This document shows, in pieces, positions 19,009 through 28,626 of a stretch of 64,000 nucleotides of DNA; position 1 is the first letter of the stretch; every line of letters begins with the position of its first letter. This DNA is from Candidatus Heimdallarchaeota archaeon. GTDB taxonomy: Archaea > Asgardarchaeota > Heimdallarchaeia > Heimdallarchaeales > Heimdallarchaeaceae. The position numbers and the translations under genes are program-made. The DNA lies in assembly GCA_019057375.1 (NCBI GenBank), contig DXJF01000053.1, forward strand, positions 13,268 through 77,267, given 5' to 3'. The notes under the pieces were generated by a model. It worked only from the letters and a program-made list of their open reading frames with translations. It ran no database searches and had not been told where the DNA came from.

Positions 19009-19908
19009 CTAATTGTCCAATTCAGTTTTTTCTAAAACAAAATTGCTAAGTTCGATTAACATATTCTGAATTTTTTGAACTTCTTTATCTTCTGAATCAA
19101 TTTCGAGTACTGATTTCTTTTCAATCATAGCTTTAACAAAAACGGGATTATAAGGTATCTTCTCTATTATCGGAAATGTTTCTTGAAATTCTTTTTCTAT
19201 TTTCTGTGAAATATCCTCATTAATGTCAGATTGGTTAATAATAATGTATCCTGGAATTTTAAATATTTTTAACAGCTGTAGAATCCTATCTAAATCATGA
19301 TAACCTGATAGTGTAGGCTCTGTAACAACTAGTGCTAGATCAGCTCCAACTAATGAACTGACTACTGGACAACCTATTCCTGGAGAACCATCAATTAAGA
19401 CTAGTTTTCGCCCTTGTTCCTCAGCTGTTTGTTTTGCAACTTTTCTTACTTCAGCAACTAACAAACCGGAGCTTTCCTCTCCAGGATAGAGTCTAGCATG
19501 AATCATCTTTCCAATTCGAGTGTCAGAAATATAGTATTGACCAGATATGTTGTCTAGCATTTCTATTGCTGAAATTGGACACATATGATAGCAAGCTGCA
19601 CATCCTTCACATTTAGTTGGATTTACTATAAAATCATCAGAAATTGAATCAAATCTACAAGTTTCTAAACAAATCCCACATTCTGTACATAAGTCTAAAT
19701 CAATTTTAGCTTTCTTTAATCCTTCAAAATCGAAAGAAACAGTTTTTACTGGCTCAAATATTAGATATAGGTCTGCTGCGTCTACATCAGCATCTGCAAG
19801 AATAATCTTATCTTGAAGATTGCTTGCTAAAGCAGCTATAATTGAACTTTTCCCTGTTCCTCCCTTTCCAGAAATAACTGTTAATTGTTTGATTTTCTCT
19901 TCTTTCAT
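19009..19908 (-). CDS. MinD-superfamily P-loop ATPase with inserted 4Fe-4S ferredoxin domain
   Basis: SGKGGTGKS, DADVDAAD, CTECGIC..C, CEGCAAC..CP, DGSPGIGCPV. Confidence 0.93.
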   Translation of the reverse strand: MKEEKIKQLTVISGKGGTGKSSIIAALASNLQDKIILADADVDAADLYLIFEPVKTVSFDFEGLKKAKIDLDLCTECGICLETCRFDSISDDFIVNPTKCEGCAACYHMCPISAIEMLDNISGQYYISDTRIGKMIHARLYPGEESSGLLVAEVRKVAKQTAEEQGRKLVLIDGSPGIGCPVVSSLVGADLALVVTEPTLSGYHDLDRILQLLKIFKIPGYIIINQSDINEDISQKIEKEFQETFPIIEKIPYNPVFVKAMIEKKSVLEIDSEDKEVQKIQNMLIELSNFVLEKTELDN

Positions 19909-20741
19909 TCTAAAGCCTCCCCTATATCAACAATCATTTTTTTAAGTTTTGAATCCATTTCAGGAAGAACATTTAAGAAAGGAACTCCTTTAGAATAGTT
20001 CTTGGCTATTTCTAGATCGAAAGGAATTTTGAGAAGAACAGGTATTTCTTCCTTTTGACAGAACAATTCTAATTCCTCATTTCCTACCCCATCTTTGTTT
20101 ATAACTACTCCAAACTTCTTTTCCAGAATCCTTAATGTTTTTACAACCATTTTCATATCAGAAAGTCCAAATGGTGTTGGTTCGCTGACTAAAATGACGT
20201 AATCTGAATCAATAACCGTTTCAACCATTGGACATGAGGATCCAGGGGGTGAATCAATCACGATAATGGGTTTATCTTTAGAAATTAATTGTTTTAACTG
20301 AGAAATTACAGGAGTTGATAGTTCTTCACCTACTATCAATGATCCGAAATTAAAGAGAAATTCTTTATTTTCACCTTCGTAGAGATAACCAATGGTTCTA
20401 GGTACTTCAGTGATAGCATTTTCAGGACATATTTTGCTACATAATCCGCAACCATGGCACATTTTTTCAAAAACAAGAATCTGATCTGGAACTTTCATAA
20501 GTGCATTATATTCACAATTTGAACTACAAGCACCGCATAAAGTGCACAAATCATAATTAATCTCAGGAATAGGAATCTTTGCTTCTGCTACTAGTTTAGT
20601 ATCTAAGTCCAGAAATAAAGAACAATTAGGCTCATCAACATCTGCATCAAGAAGCTGAACGTTCTCTAATGTCATCGCTAAACTAACAGCAAGAGAGGTT
20701 TTTCCAGTTCCTCCTTTGCCGGAAACTATTGTTATTTGCAT
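19905..20741 (-). CDS. MinD-superfamily P-loop ATPase with inserted 4Fe-4S ferredoxin domain (paralog)
   Basis: SGKGGTGKT, DADVDEPN, CTLCGAC, CHGCGLC..CP, DSPPGSSCP. Confidence 0.93.
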   Translation of the reverse strand: MQITIVSGKGGTGKTSLAVSLAMTLENVQLLDADVDEPNCSLFLDLDTKLVAEAKIPIPEINYDLCTLCGACSSNCEYNALMKVPDQILVFEKMCHGCGLCSKICPENAITEVPRTIGYLYEGENKEFLFNFGSLIVGEELSTPVISQLKQLISKDKPIIVIDSPPGSSCPMVETVIDSDYVILVSEPTPFGLSDMKMVVKTLRILEKKFGVVINKDGVGNEELELFCQKEEIPVLLKIPFDLEIAKNYSKGVPFLNVLPEMDSKLKKMIVDIGEALE

Positions 20742-20758
20742 TGGTTGTTTCCTTCAGT

Positions 20759-21115
20759 TTAGTGTTTACATCCGTCGTCGTGTGTAGCTTTGTGCAATTT
20801 GCCTTCCTTAAAGAAATCAATAGTTTCTTTGAGTGTCCCCACTGCACCCATATATACGTGTAATCCAAGCTGTGCTCCTAAAGCAACTGCTCTAGCACCA
20901 GCTCCTTTACAAAATACTCCATTACATTTGTCAGCTAAAAACTCCATTGGAAGCCCAACACCACCTTTGTGATCGCTTCTGTTTTCAATCATATTTATTG
21001 TGTCTGTTTCTTCATCCCATATAGCAAAATAGGGCACATGTCCAAAGTGTTGTCCTACAATAGAATTCCAATCATCATTATTATCTAAAGGTACTGCATA
21101 TTTCATTTTTTTCAC
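20759..21115 (-). CDS. NifB/NifX-family (FeMo-cofactor-binding-like) protein
   Basis: YAVP...VGQHFGHVPYFAIWD; GAGARA. Confidence 0.9.
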   Translation of the reverse strand: MKKMKYAVPLDNNDDWNSIVGQHFGHVPYFAIWDEETDTINMIENRSDHKGGVGLPMEFLADKCNGVFCKGAGARAVALGAQLGLHVYMGAVGTLKETIDFFKEGKLHKATHDDGCKH

Positions 21116-21454
21116 CTATAATTTTCTTAATTCATCTTTTTTCCATTTATCTATTAAATTTTTGACAGGAATTGGTTCTCCCTGAAAAATTGTTATTTGC
21201 GCTGCTCGAAGTGCACCGTCTGCATTGGGTCCCAATTGAGGGACTATCACAGATTGAATTTGCTTACTACTTAGAAACTCAACAGCTCTCGGACCTGCTC
21301 CACCTCGTGCTCCAACTGCTGGGTTAGCAACCACAACAGATGAATCATCTTCTGTATCAAAAATGCAGAAGTAGCTAGCTCGTCCAAATCTTTCAAACAT
21401 TATCGGATTGTCATCTTTTGATGATACTGGTATAGCAACTTTCAAATTATTCAT
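21116..21454 (-). CDS. NifB/NifX-family protein (start reassigned to ATG 21454, MNNLKVAIP)
   Basis: KVAIP...FERFGRASYFCIFD...GAGPRAVEFL...GPNA. The ATGAATAA overlap couples it to the DUF134 stop codon. Confidence 0.9.
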   Translation of the reverse strand: MNNLKVAIPVSSKDDNPIMFERFGRASYFCIFDTEDDSSVVVANPAVGARGGAGPRAVEFLSSKQIQSVIVPQLGPNADGALRAAQITIFQGEPIPVKNLIDKWKKDELRKL

Positions 21455-21743
21455 CTTCCTTTTCTTCAGGCTCTTCAAACAAAATAGCTTTTGTACTGAA
21501 AAATGCCTCAGCAATTTTAGAATGAGCAGTAGCCAAATCTCGGCTGAAAGAAGCTTGGGATATACCCATCTTTTCAGCAGCAGAATTCTGTTTAATCGAT
21601 AGAAAATCAGAGTAATAAAGAGCAGTGATTTCCTCTTTGGTTAAAGTAATCTGTTCTAAATCTTTCATGGGTACGGCTAAGGGCTTAAAGACGTGTCCTT
21701 CGTAAGAAATGCAACGTCGCTCTATTTTGCGATTCTGAACCAT
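21447..21743 (-). CDS. DUF134 family predicted DNA-binding protein
   Basis: R.I......FKP...P...LEQITLTKEE..AL..SD..Q..AAEKMGISQASFSR. Confidence 0.9.
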   Translation of the reverse strand: MVQNRKIERRCISYEGHVFKPLAVPMKDLEQITLTKEEITALYYSDFLSIKQNSAAEKMGISQASFSRDLATAHSKIAEAFFSTKAILFEEPEEKEDE

Positions 21744-21782
21744 GATAAACGATTTATCTAATTAACTATATAAGACTATAGG

Positions 21783-21800
21783 TATGAATAATTATTCATA
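21783..21800. promoter_or_regulatory. Perfect 18-bp palindrome TATGAATAATTATTCATA upstream of the DUF134 operon
   Basis: Exact self-reverse-complement, about 40 nt upstream of the DUF134 start, in a divergent intergenic region. Confidence 0.7.
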
Positions 21801-21897
21801 GAATTTAACTTATGTCAATTAGAAAGATTTATCTTGTTTGATAGAAAGAAACAAAAAGACACAAGGATGCAAAAACATAATTTAGCAGAGTGATGGT

Positions 21898-22905
21898 TTG
21901 TCATTAAAGGGATTCATAATTAGAAGAGTGTTATATATTGTTCCAGTTATGCTTGGAATTACTTTGATGAATTTCACTCTAATCAATGTCAGCCCAGGAG
22001 ATCCAGTTATAGTTAGACTTGGATTGATTCACTGTGATAATCCAGAGTGTTATAATAATGCATACAATCGAGAAGCAATAGAAATGGGATTGATGGACAG
22101 AGATTTATACACAATTCCGTGGTTCACAAGATATGTGGATTATGTTAGTGATTTACTGCGTTTTGACTTTGGAAACTCTTGGTACAACACACAAGCAGGG
22201 ATAGGGATACCTATATCGAAAATAATTGCGGATCATGCATCGTATACAGTGATACTAAACGTTATTTCGTTTGTACTATCATTAGTATTATCTACAGCAA
22301 TAGGTGTGGTTTCAGCAACAAGAAGAAACAGTTTCTGGGATAGATCACTAACTATAGCGATGTTATTGGGATACTCGATGCCTCTGTTTTGGATAGCTAA
22401 GCTGTTTATGTTCTTATCTTTCAAATTATTTAATTTTACTGGAGTAACAAATAAGGATGCGTTTGTGAAGCCACTATTACTTAATCCAAGCTTCTACAAA
22501 TATCTGATATTACCAACACTAGCATTGACTTTGGGGCATCTGGTTTTTATGGCAAGATTGATTAGATCACAATTGCTGGAAATATTAAGGCAAGATTATA
22601 TAACAACAGCAAGAGCGAAAGGAGTTAAAAGCAGAGGAGTAATTTACAAACACGCATTCAGAAATGGATTGCTTCCAATAGTAACAATAGTAGGAAATTC
22701 TTTACCAGGTTTACTAGCAGGGTCTGTGATGATTGAAACTGTGTTTGGGTGGCCTGGGTTAGGCACTTACTTTCTGGAAGGAGCGCTCTTCAGGGACTAC
22801 CCCATGATGATGGCAACAAATACGATCTTTCCGTTTCTTTTCCTTGTAGCACGTTTACTTACGGATATCACGTATGTCTTTATTGACCCAAGGGTTAAAT
22901 ACTAA
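21898..22905 (+). CDS. dppB: Oligopeptide/dipeptide ABC permease (DppB/OppB type), orphan
   Basis: FIIRR.L..P...GIT...F.L...PGDP, FDFGNS, QDYITTARAKG EAA loop, HAFRN.LLP, IETVFGWPGLG, RDYP. Confidence 0.9.
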   Translation: MSLKGFIIRRVLYIVPVMLGITLMNFTLINVSPGDPVIVRLGLIHCDNPECYNNAYNREAIEMGLMDRDLYTIPWFTRYVDYVSDLLRFDFGNSWYNTQAGIGIPISKIIADHASYTVILNVISFVLSLVLSTAIGVVSATRRNSFWDRSLTIAMLLGYSMPLFWIAKLFMFLSFKLFNFTGVTNKDAFVKPLLLNPSFYKYLILPTLALTLGHLVFMARLIRSQLLEILRQDYITTARAKGVKSRGVIYKHAFRNGLLPIVTIVGNSLPGLLAGSVMIETVFGWPGLGTYFLEGALFRDYPMMMATNTIFPFLFLVARLLTDITYVFIDPRVKY

Positions 22906-22965
22906 TCCTCTTTTCTTTAATTTTTAGTATCACAAAATTAAAAATATAGTTCATGCTACGCTTTA

Positions 22966-24681
22966 TTGTACATGAAAAAATTCTTTAGCAATATCCTCAC
23001 AGCTGTACTTACTCCCTTCCTTTGGGTACTTGGTGTTCTTCTCTATTTTATTGTAGTTCTTGCTAAGGTTTTCTTTTTTATTTACGAACTTCTCATTCCT
23101 CGAGGTCTTCGTGAGTTAGTTCCTATACTCAACCTCTGGAGGAAGTACTTAATTTATATTTCTAACCTCTTCTCTAATCCTGAAAAAATGGAATTAGTTA
23201 AATTTGAGGAAGAGATTGAAGAAGTTGTTATGAAAGAAGATAGGATTAACAAAGCTTACCCTATTCAAAGAGGTGTTGGAGAAACTTATGACCATCTCCT
23301 AATTATTGTTTTAATTGTTGCAGCTTCCATTGTTTTGATTGGTAGCCAAACCATCAGTTTTGATGCCCTTATTGATGGGATTATCAGTAGAAGTGATTGG
23401 TTGAGCTCACTTGGTGATAAAGCTCTTTGGGTAGTTATAACTCTTATTGGTGTAGTCTGTTCAACCGTTATGGGTATGCTTTCTTTTGTAGCAACAATCT
23501 TTGGACCTATCTATGCTATTTTTCATCGTTCCAGTTTAAGACTAGTTCAAATGGGAGCTTACAGCTGGGGTTCTTTCTATCAACGACTTGAAAATCTATT
23601 TTCCCTTCCATATCTTGCTTCTAAAGCTAGTTTTTCCTTTTTTGAAGCCCCTCCTGTTGATGCTTCTACTTATGAGGAATTCAAACTTGATCTTGTAAGT
23701 GATCTAACAACTTTACGAGAGAGATTTACAAACATTGTTAGTGTTTCTTCTTTTTCTTTACATGAAAAAACTAAGAATCTCTATGAGGAATTTCTTTCAT
23801 CAGAGACTGAAGATAGACTAGATATGAATAATATTGAGGATTCCATCTCTCGAATCTTCTCACTACTTCTTTGGCAGAAAGAAACCAATGTGCTTCCTTG
23901 GACAAAAGAACCTGGTTTAGCTAGTTTTGCTGAGAAAAATTCCATGAAATACCGAGAAGCTAAGCAAACTTTCAGTTTCGTGAGAAAAAAAATAGATGAG
24001 CAATTTGTATCAAAAGAGTTTTTCAGTTCTATTCTTCTTAATGGTTCGTTGAAAGGAATAATGAAAGTTGAAGAAAAATACAATCTCCCCTTTAGTGATT
24101 TAGAATATAACCAATTAGCATTTTCTATAGCTTTAGGCGGACAAAGGTATTTTCTAGACCATCTTTCTAAAGAGAAATTTTTCAAACGAGCTTTAAAGAA
24201 GCCCAGAAATATGGTGGTTGGTTTCTTCATGCCATTTGTTGAATTCTTCCTGATTTTCTACCATTATGGAAAACACATTGGAAATCAATTCAAGATGATG
24301 TTTTCTAAAAACTGGACAAAGAGATCTGCTGTCTATCTTGGATCTAAATTTATTGAAATCCAAAAAGGATTAAACTCATTACTACTTGCTGATGAACCTC
24401 ATGAGGAATTAGACGAAGCAACAAAAGCTGAAGCTAAAGAATCCCTTGGTATGCTTTGGAAGGTCTTATTATTCATCTTCAAAGTTATATTAGCCCTCCC
24501 CCTAAGTCTTTACTATTTTGCTAAACTGTTCTATCAGCTCGTTTCCAATATCTGGAGAAAGAGAAAACCTGAGGAGAGAATAAAACGTAAATTCGCTAAA
24601 GAGATAGCTAAAGAAACAATTGTTGCAATGTATGAAGAAATTCATGAAAAGTTGGTAATGGAGACCTTTCTCTATTCATAG
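22966..24681 (+). CDS. Uncharacterised multi-pass membrane protein, paralog C (571 aa)
   Basis: Same conserved motif series as 395..2122 and 2181..4352. Confidence 0.85.
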   Translation: MYMKKFFSNILTAVLTPFLWVLGVLLYFIVVLAKVFFFIYELLIPRGLRELVPILNLWRKYLIYISNLFSNPEKMELVKFEEEIEEVVMKEDRINKAYPIQRGVGETYDHLLIIVLIVAASIVLIGSQTISFDALIDGIISRSDWLSSLGDKALWVVITLIGVVCSTVMGMLSFVATIFGPIYAIFHRSSLRLVQMGAYSWGSFYQRLENLFSLPYLASKASFSFFEAPPVDASTYEEFKLDLVSDLTTLRERFTNIVSVSSFSLHEKTKNLYEEFLSSETEDRLDMNNIEDSISRIFSLLLWQKETNVLPWTKEPGLASFAEKNSMKYREAKQTFSFVRKKIDEQFVSKEFFSSILLNGSLKGIMKVEEKYNLPFSDLEYNQLAFSIALGGQRYFLDHLSKEKFFKRALKKPRNMVVGFFMPFVEFFLIFYHYGKHIGNQFKMMFSKNWTKRSAVYLGSKFIEIQKGLNSLLLADEPHEELDEATKAEAKESLGMLWKVLLFIFKVILALPLSLYYFAKLFYQLVSNIWRKRKPEERIKRKFAKEIAKETIVAMYEEIHEKLVMETFLYS

Positions 24682-24733
24682 ATAACAAAAACTTAATGTA
24701 AATCTATTTTTATTTGAAGCTAGGGTAGAAGAA

Positions 24734-25831
24734 ATGGACAACAAAAGGTCTAAACTTCATGAATTGGGATTCCAAGTAGGAATTTTAGAGAGAGGGGAGA
24801 GAAATTCTATAGCAGATGTACCTGATGTTACAGTTGGACATAGTACAATAATTGCTGGAGAAGGTGAATTAAAACCAGGTTTTGGACCCATTAGAACAGG
24901 TGTAACAGTAGTAAAACCTCACTCAGGAAATATCTATCGCGATAAAGTTAGAGCAAGTTCATATGTCTTTAATGGGTATGGAAAAACAACTGGTTTAATT
25001 CAAGTTGAGGAGCTGGGAAATATTGAATCCTATATTGGATTGACTAATACACTGAATATTTCCAAAGTTACTGATGCTTTATTAGATTATCATCTTGAGG
25101 AGAACCCTGATATCGGAATAAAAACTTCTACAATAAATATTGTAGTGGGAGAATGTCATGATGGATATCTAAATGATATTCAGGGAAGACATGTTCAAAA
25201 GATTCATGTTCTTAATGCGATAGAAAGTACTTCTTCAGATTTTGAAGAAGGATCTGTGGGCGCAGGGACAGGTATGACAGCTCTTGGATTTAAGGGAGGA
25301 ATTGGGAGTTCATCTAGAATTATTAAAGATGAAGAAATAGAATATGTTGTAGGAACTCTTGTATTATCTAATTTTGGTAGAAAAAATGATTTGACTATTT
25401 TAGGTCATAATTTTGCTAAGTTCATTGAGGAAAGTGAGAAAGAAGAAGCATCAAAAGAAGACGATGGTTCAGTAATAATTGTAATTGCTACTAATGCCCC
25501 ATTAAATGCTAGACAACTAAATAGATTAGCTAAGAGAGCTCCTTTAGGACTTGCTAATACAGGCAGTTACGGTTCTCATGGTTCCGGGGATATTGTAATC
25601 GTGTTCTCAACTGAAAACAAAATTAACCATGATAATAAAGAAAAGACTTCGACCATGAAATTAGTAAATGAAGAAACAAAGGCTTTCCGAGATTTACAAA
25701 GAGCTGTTGTTGAAACAACTGAAGAAGCTATACTCAACTCCCTATTAAAAGCAACAACTATAATTGGTAGAGATAATCACAAGAAAGAAGCTATTTCGAT
25801 TAAAAAAGTCAAAGAAATTCTGTCAAAGTGA
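24734..25831 (+). CDS. dmpA: DmpA-like L-aminopeptidase/D-esterase (peptidase S58, Ntn-type autoprocessing)
   Basis: NSIADVPDV.VGH, RTGVT, NGYGK.TG, EGSVGAGTGM..GFKGGIGSSSR, cleavage site DG/SVI, GSGD. Confidence 0.93.
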   Translation: MDNKRSKLHELGFQVGILERGERNSIADVPDVTVGHSTIIAGEGELKPGFGPIRTGVTVVKPHSGNIYRDKVRASSYVFNGYGKTTGLIQVEELGNIESYIGLTNTLNISKVTDALLDYHLEENPDIGIKTSTINIVVGECHDGYLNDIQGRHVQKIHVLNAIESTSSDFEEGSVGAGTGMTALGFKGGIGSSSRIIKDEEIEYVVGTLVLSNFGRKNDLTILGHNFAKFIEESEKEEASKEDDGSVIIVIATNAPLNARQLNRLAKRAPLGLANTGSYGSHGSGDIVIVFSTENKINHDNKEKTSTMKLVNEETKAFRDLQRAVVETTEEAILNSLLKATTIIGRDNHKKEAISIKKVKEILSK

Positions 25832-25840
25832 CAGAACAAA

Positions 25841-26887
25841 TTAATGATAGATTATGTCTCTAGAAATTTCTGCTAATGTAGCAACACCAGTCATTTTCAT
25901 TGCTTTAACCAAGGTTTTTTGCTGTAATTCAAAGAAAGCTTTCACACCTTCAGCTCCACCACCAACAGCTGCTCGAACAATATCACGTCCAAATAGTACT
26001 GAGTCAGCTCCAATTGCAAGCATTTTGAGAACATCATAACCAGTTCTTACACCGCCATCAGCAATTATGGTTGTTTTCCCTTTAACTGCGTCTACAACAT
26101 CGAATAAAGCATCTGCAGTACCTACAGTGTGGTCAAGAACTCTTCCTCCATGGTTTGAAACAACTACAGCTGAAACACCAGCTTCTAGAGCTGATATTGC
26201 ATCTTCAGCACACATTACTCCTTTAACCATGAATGGAAGTTTTGTTGACTTAACTAGTTCTTTTATATCACCAATTGATTTACGAAAAACTGGTTTGTTA
26301 TGAGCTGCCATAATTGTGCTTCCACATCCATCTACATCAATTCCCACGGCTAAAGTTCCACCTTCTTCATACATTTTAAAGACTTTCTTCAAGGTTTCTT
26401 GATCTCTAGGCTTGCTAATCTTAACACCCCAGCCTTCAGCAGCTATACAAATAGCATCATAACATGGCATAAAATCCCAATCATAGGTGAAAGTATCTCC
26501 ACGCCAACCAATTGTCCCAGCTTGTTTTGCTCCCAAAACAGTTGCTTTGCAGAACTCTGGTTCAGTGATAACACTATCACCACCAAATGAATTAACCCCA
26601 GTAATTGAAGCTCCCATAATTGGCATAGTTAGCTTATGACCAAAGAAATCATAGCTTGTATTAGGGGAATAATCCTCACCAATAACTCTCATCTTAAGGT
26701 TAAGATTAGCTAATGCACTGACATTATTTTTGAAAGCTACACCTGAACCTACCCCTCCAAAACCTATTGGAGAGCCATAACTGTGACCTTGGCATATTTT
26801 ATTGTTGTCTCCGTCACAGATTCTATATACTCCACATTTTCCTTTCATCTTTTGTTTTGCAATTTGTCTATGCTCTTCAACGGACAT
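25841..26887 (-). CDS. FMN-dependent alpha-hydroxy-acid oxidase/dehydrogenase family protein
   Basis: VKGVM..EDA....GVSAVVVSNHGGRVLD, ADGGVRTGYDVLKMLAIGAD; Cys-rich N-terminus. Confidence 0.92.
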   Translation of the reverse strand: MSVEEHRQIAKQKMKGKCGVYRICDGDNNKICQGHSYGSPIGFGGVGSGVAFKNNVSALANLNLKMRVIGEDYSPNTSYDFFGHKLTMPIMGASITGVNSFGGDSVITEPEFCKATVLGAKQAGTIGWRGDTFTYDWDFMPCYDAICIAAEGWGVKISKPRDQETLKKVFKMYEEGGTLAVGIDVDGCGSTIMAAHNKPVFRKSIGDIKELVKSTKLPFMVKGVMCAEDAISALEAGVSAVVVSNHGGRVLDHTVGTADALFDVVDAVKGKTTIIADGGVRTGYDVLKMLAIGADSVLFGRDIVRAAVGGGAEGVKAFFELQQKTLVKAMKMTGVATLAEISRDIIYH

Positions 26888-27063
26888 TTGAATTCCTCTT
26901 TTATCCTATTATAATTGGGTTTCTTTTTATACAATTTAAATCCTTTTTCCTTTTTCAAAATTAAACAGTCTGGTGATGAGTTTCATTTAGTTAAAATTTC
27001 ACATAATGTTACCAAGAATTTTTAAATGAAAAGTAATAGCAAACTAGTGAGTGAATTCTGCAG

Positions 27064-28563
27064 ATGAATGAAACCATAGCTTTTGTTCAAACACCTAAGG
27101 ATATAGCAAAATTGATGATTTCACTTATTTCGGAAAACAAAAAAATTCAGAAAAACATATCTATTCTAGATTCAGGCTGCGGTAAGGGTATCTTCCTTAA
27201 AGGTCTTCAAGAAGCAGGATTTACAAATATTGAGGGAATTGAACTAAGTAAAGATTTGTATGAATTCTGTCTGAAGAAGTTCCCGAATATCCAACTTTAC
27301 AATGATGATTATTTAGATTGGTTAAGTCTAAAGGAATACGACCTCATAATAGGTAATCCTCCTTATACTCACTATAATTCTCTTCCCAGATCTAGTAGAT
27401 CAAAAGTTGTAAGAATTGTAGGAAACAAAGAGTCAGATATTTACTATGCATTCATTTTGAAATCTATTGAATTGTTGAAAGAAGGAGGAGAATTAATTTT
27501 CATTGTTCCATATGGTTTTTTCTTTAATACTTATGCCAAGGTGATTAGAGAGAGAATAATCGATAATGGTTATCTGGAAACAATTATAGATTTGGATGAA
27601 ACCAGATTATTTGAAGATGAAAATCCTGAAACGCTTATTTTTAAATTTGTTAAGAAATCTTTGGAATCTAAGCAGAATATTAGAATACTTAGGATAAAAG
27701 AAAGAAATTTCAAACCAAATACCATCAATAATAAAGCAGTTGAATCGTTATCAAATAGTAAAGAAAATGAGGTTTTTACATACTACGAAAGACAGATGTT
27801 TACTCATGAGAATGAAGTATGGACAACTTATCCTGAAAAAATCTTTTCTGATTTTTATCTTTTGAAAGAAGTATGTTGGATTGGAGTTGGTTTGGTTTCA
27901 GGATTTGAACAAGCTTTCCTTCTTGATGAGGAAGAAAAATCTCTATTAAATGATGAAGAAAAGGAATTTTTAGTAAGGTCAATCAAATCAAAACATTGTC
28001 AAGGATATTGGACAGATGGTTTTGAATATTATTTATTGATTGATAAAAGGATTAAATCTGAAGAAGAACTGAAGAGATATCCTACCATTCATAGGAAACT
28101 TATCTCACATAAGGATAGTATGACAGTTAGATATTTTCCTGCCAGTAACAAATGGTTTCATTGGCAAGCTTTAAGGAATTATGAGAAGCTGAGATCCTTT
28201 ATTGCTCAACCCAAAATTTTTGTACCAAGTTTAGATAGAAGCACAGAGAACAGATTCAGTCTAACTGAAGAACCGTATCTACCATCTGGAGATGTACTTA
28301 CACTGGTTCCACAGCAAAAGGATCCTTTCTTTTTATTAGGCTATCTTAACAGTAAATTCTTTAGGGAATATTATCTCTCTGCTGGTGCAAGGAGAGGGCA
28401 TAGAATCTCATTCACTCAGCGAATTATGAGTAATGTAAGAATTCCCGTTTTTGATCAAGAGACAGAAAATGGAATAGCTAAAATAGCAAAGAATATTTTT
28501 GACGGAAAGAATACTGCAAAAAGAAAGGAAATAGACGAAATTATTTCAATCAATCTCAAATAG
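27064..28563 (+). CDS. N6-adenine DNA methyltransferase (Eco57I/TaqI-like), solitary
   Basis: ILDSGCGKGIF, GIELS, IIGNPPY, DIYYAFI.KS..LLKEGGELIFIVP; C-terminal TRD ending YLLGYLNS. Confidence 0.93.
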   Translation: MNETIAFVQTPKDIAKLMISLISENKKIQKNISILDSGCGKGIFLKGLQEAGFTNIEGIELSKDLYEFCLKKFPNIQLYNDDYLDWLSLKEYDLIIGNPPYTHYNSLPRSSRSKVVRIVGNKESDIYYAFILKSIELLKEGGELIFIVPYGFFFNTYAKVIRERIIDNGYLETIIDLDETRLFEDENPETLIFKFVKKSLESKQNIRILRIKERNFKPNTINNKAVESLSNSKENEVFTYYERQMFTHENEVWTTYPEKIFSDFYLLKEVCWIGVGLVSGFEQAFLLDEEEKSLLNDEEKEFLVRSIKSKHCQGYWTDGFEYYLLIDKRIKSEEELKRYPTIHRKLISHKDSMTVRYFPASNKWFHWQALRNYEKLRSFIAQPKIFVPSLDRSTENRFSLTEEPYLPSGDVLTLVPQQKDPFFLLGYLNSKFFREYYLSAGARRGHRISFTQRIMSNVRIPVFDQETENGIAKIAKNIFDGKNTAKRKEIDEIISINLK

Positions 28564-28626
28564 CTAATTTATTTCAAGTCAGACTAAAGTTTTTAAAGGG
28601 GAGGATTCTCACTATATGGGGCAAGT

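Noticed and set aside
21455-21514. ORF-track N-terminal extension of the NifX-like gene
   Set aside because: It overlaps the DUF134 coding region; the ATG at 21454 gives the typical family start with coupled overlap.
20759-21743. Nitrogen fixation inferred from NifB/NifX-like genes
   Set aside because: No nifHDK. The DUF134-NifX-MinD/ferredoxin cluster is widespread in non-diazotrophic anaerobes.
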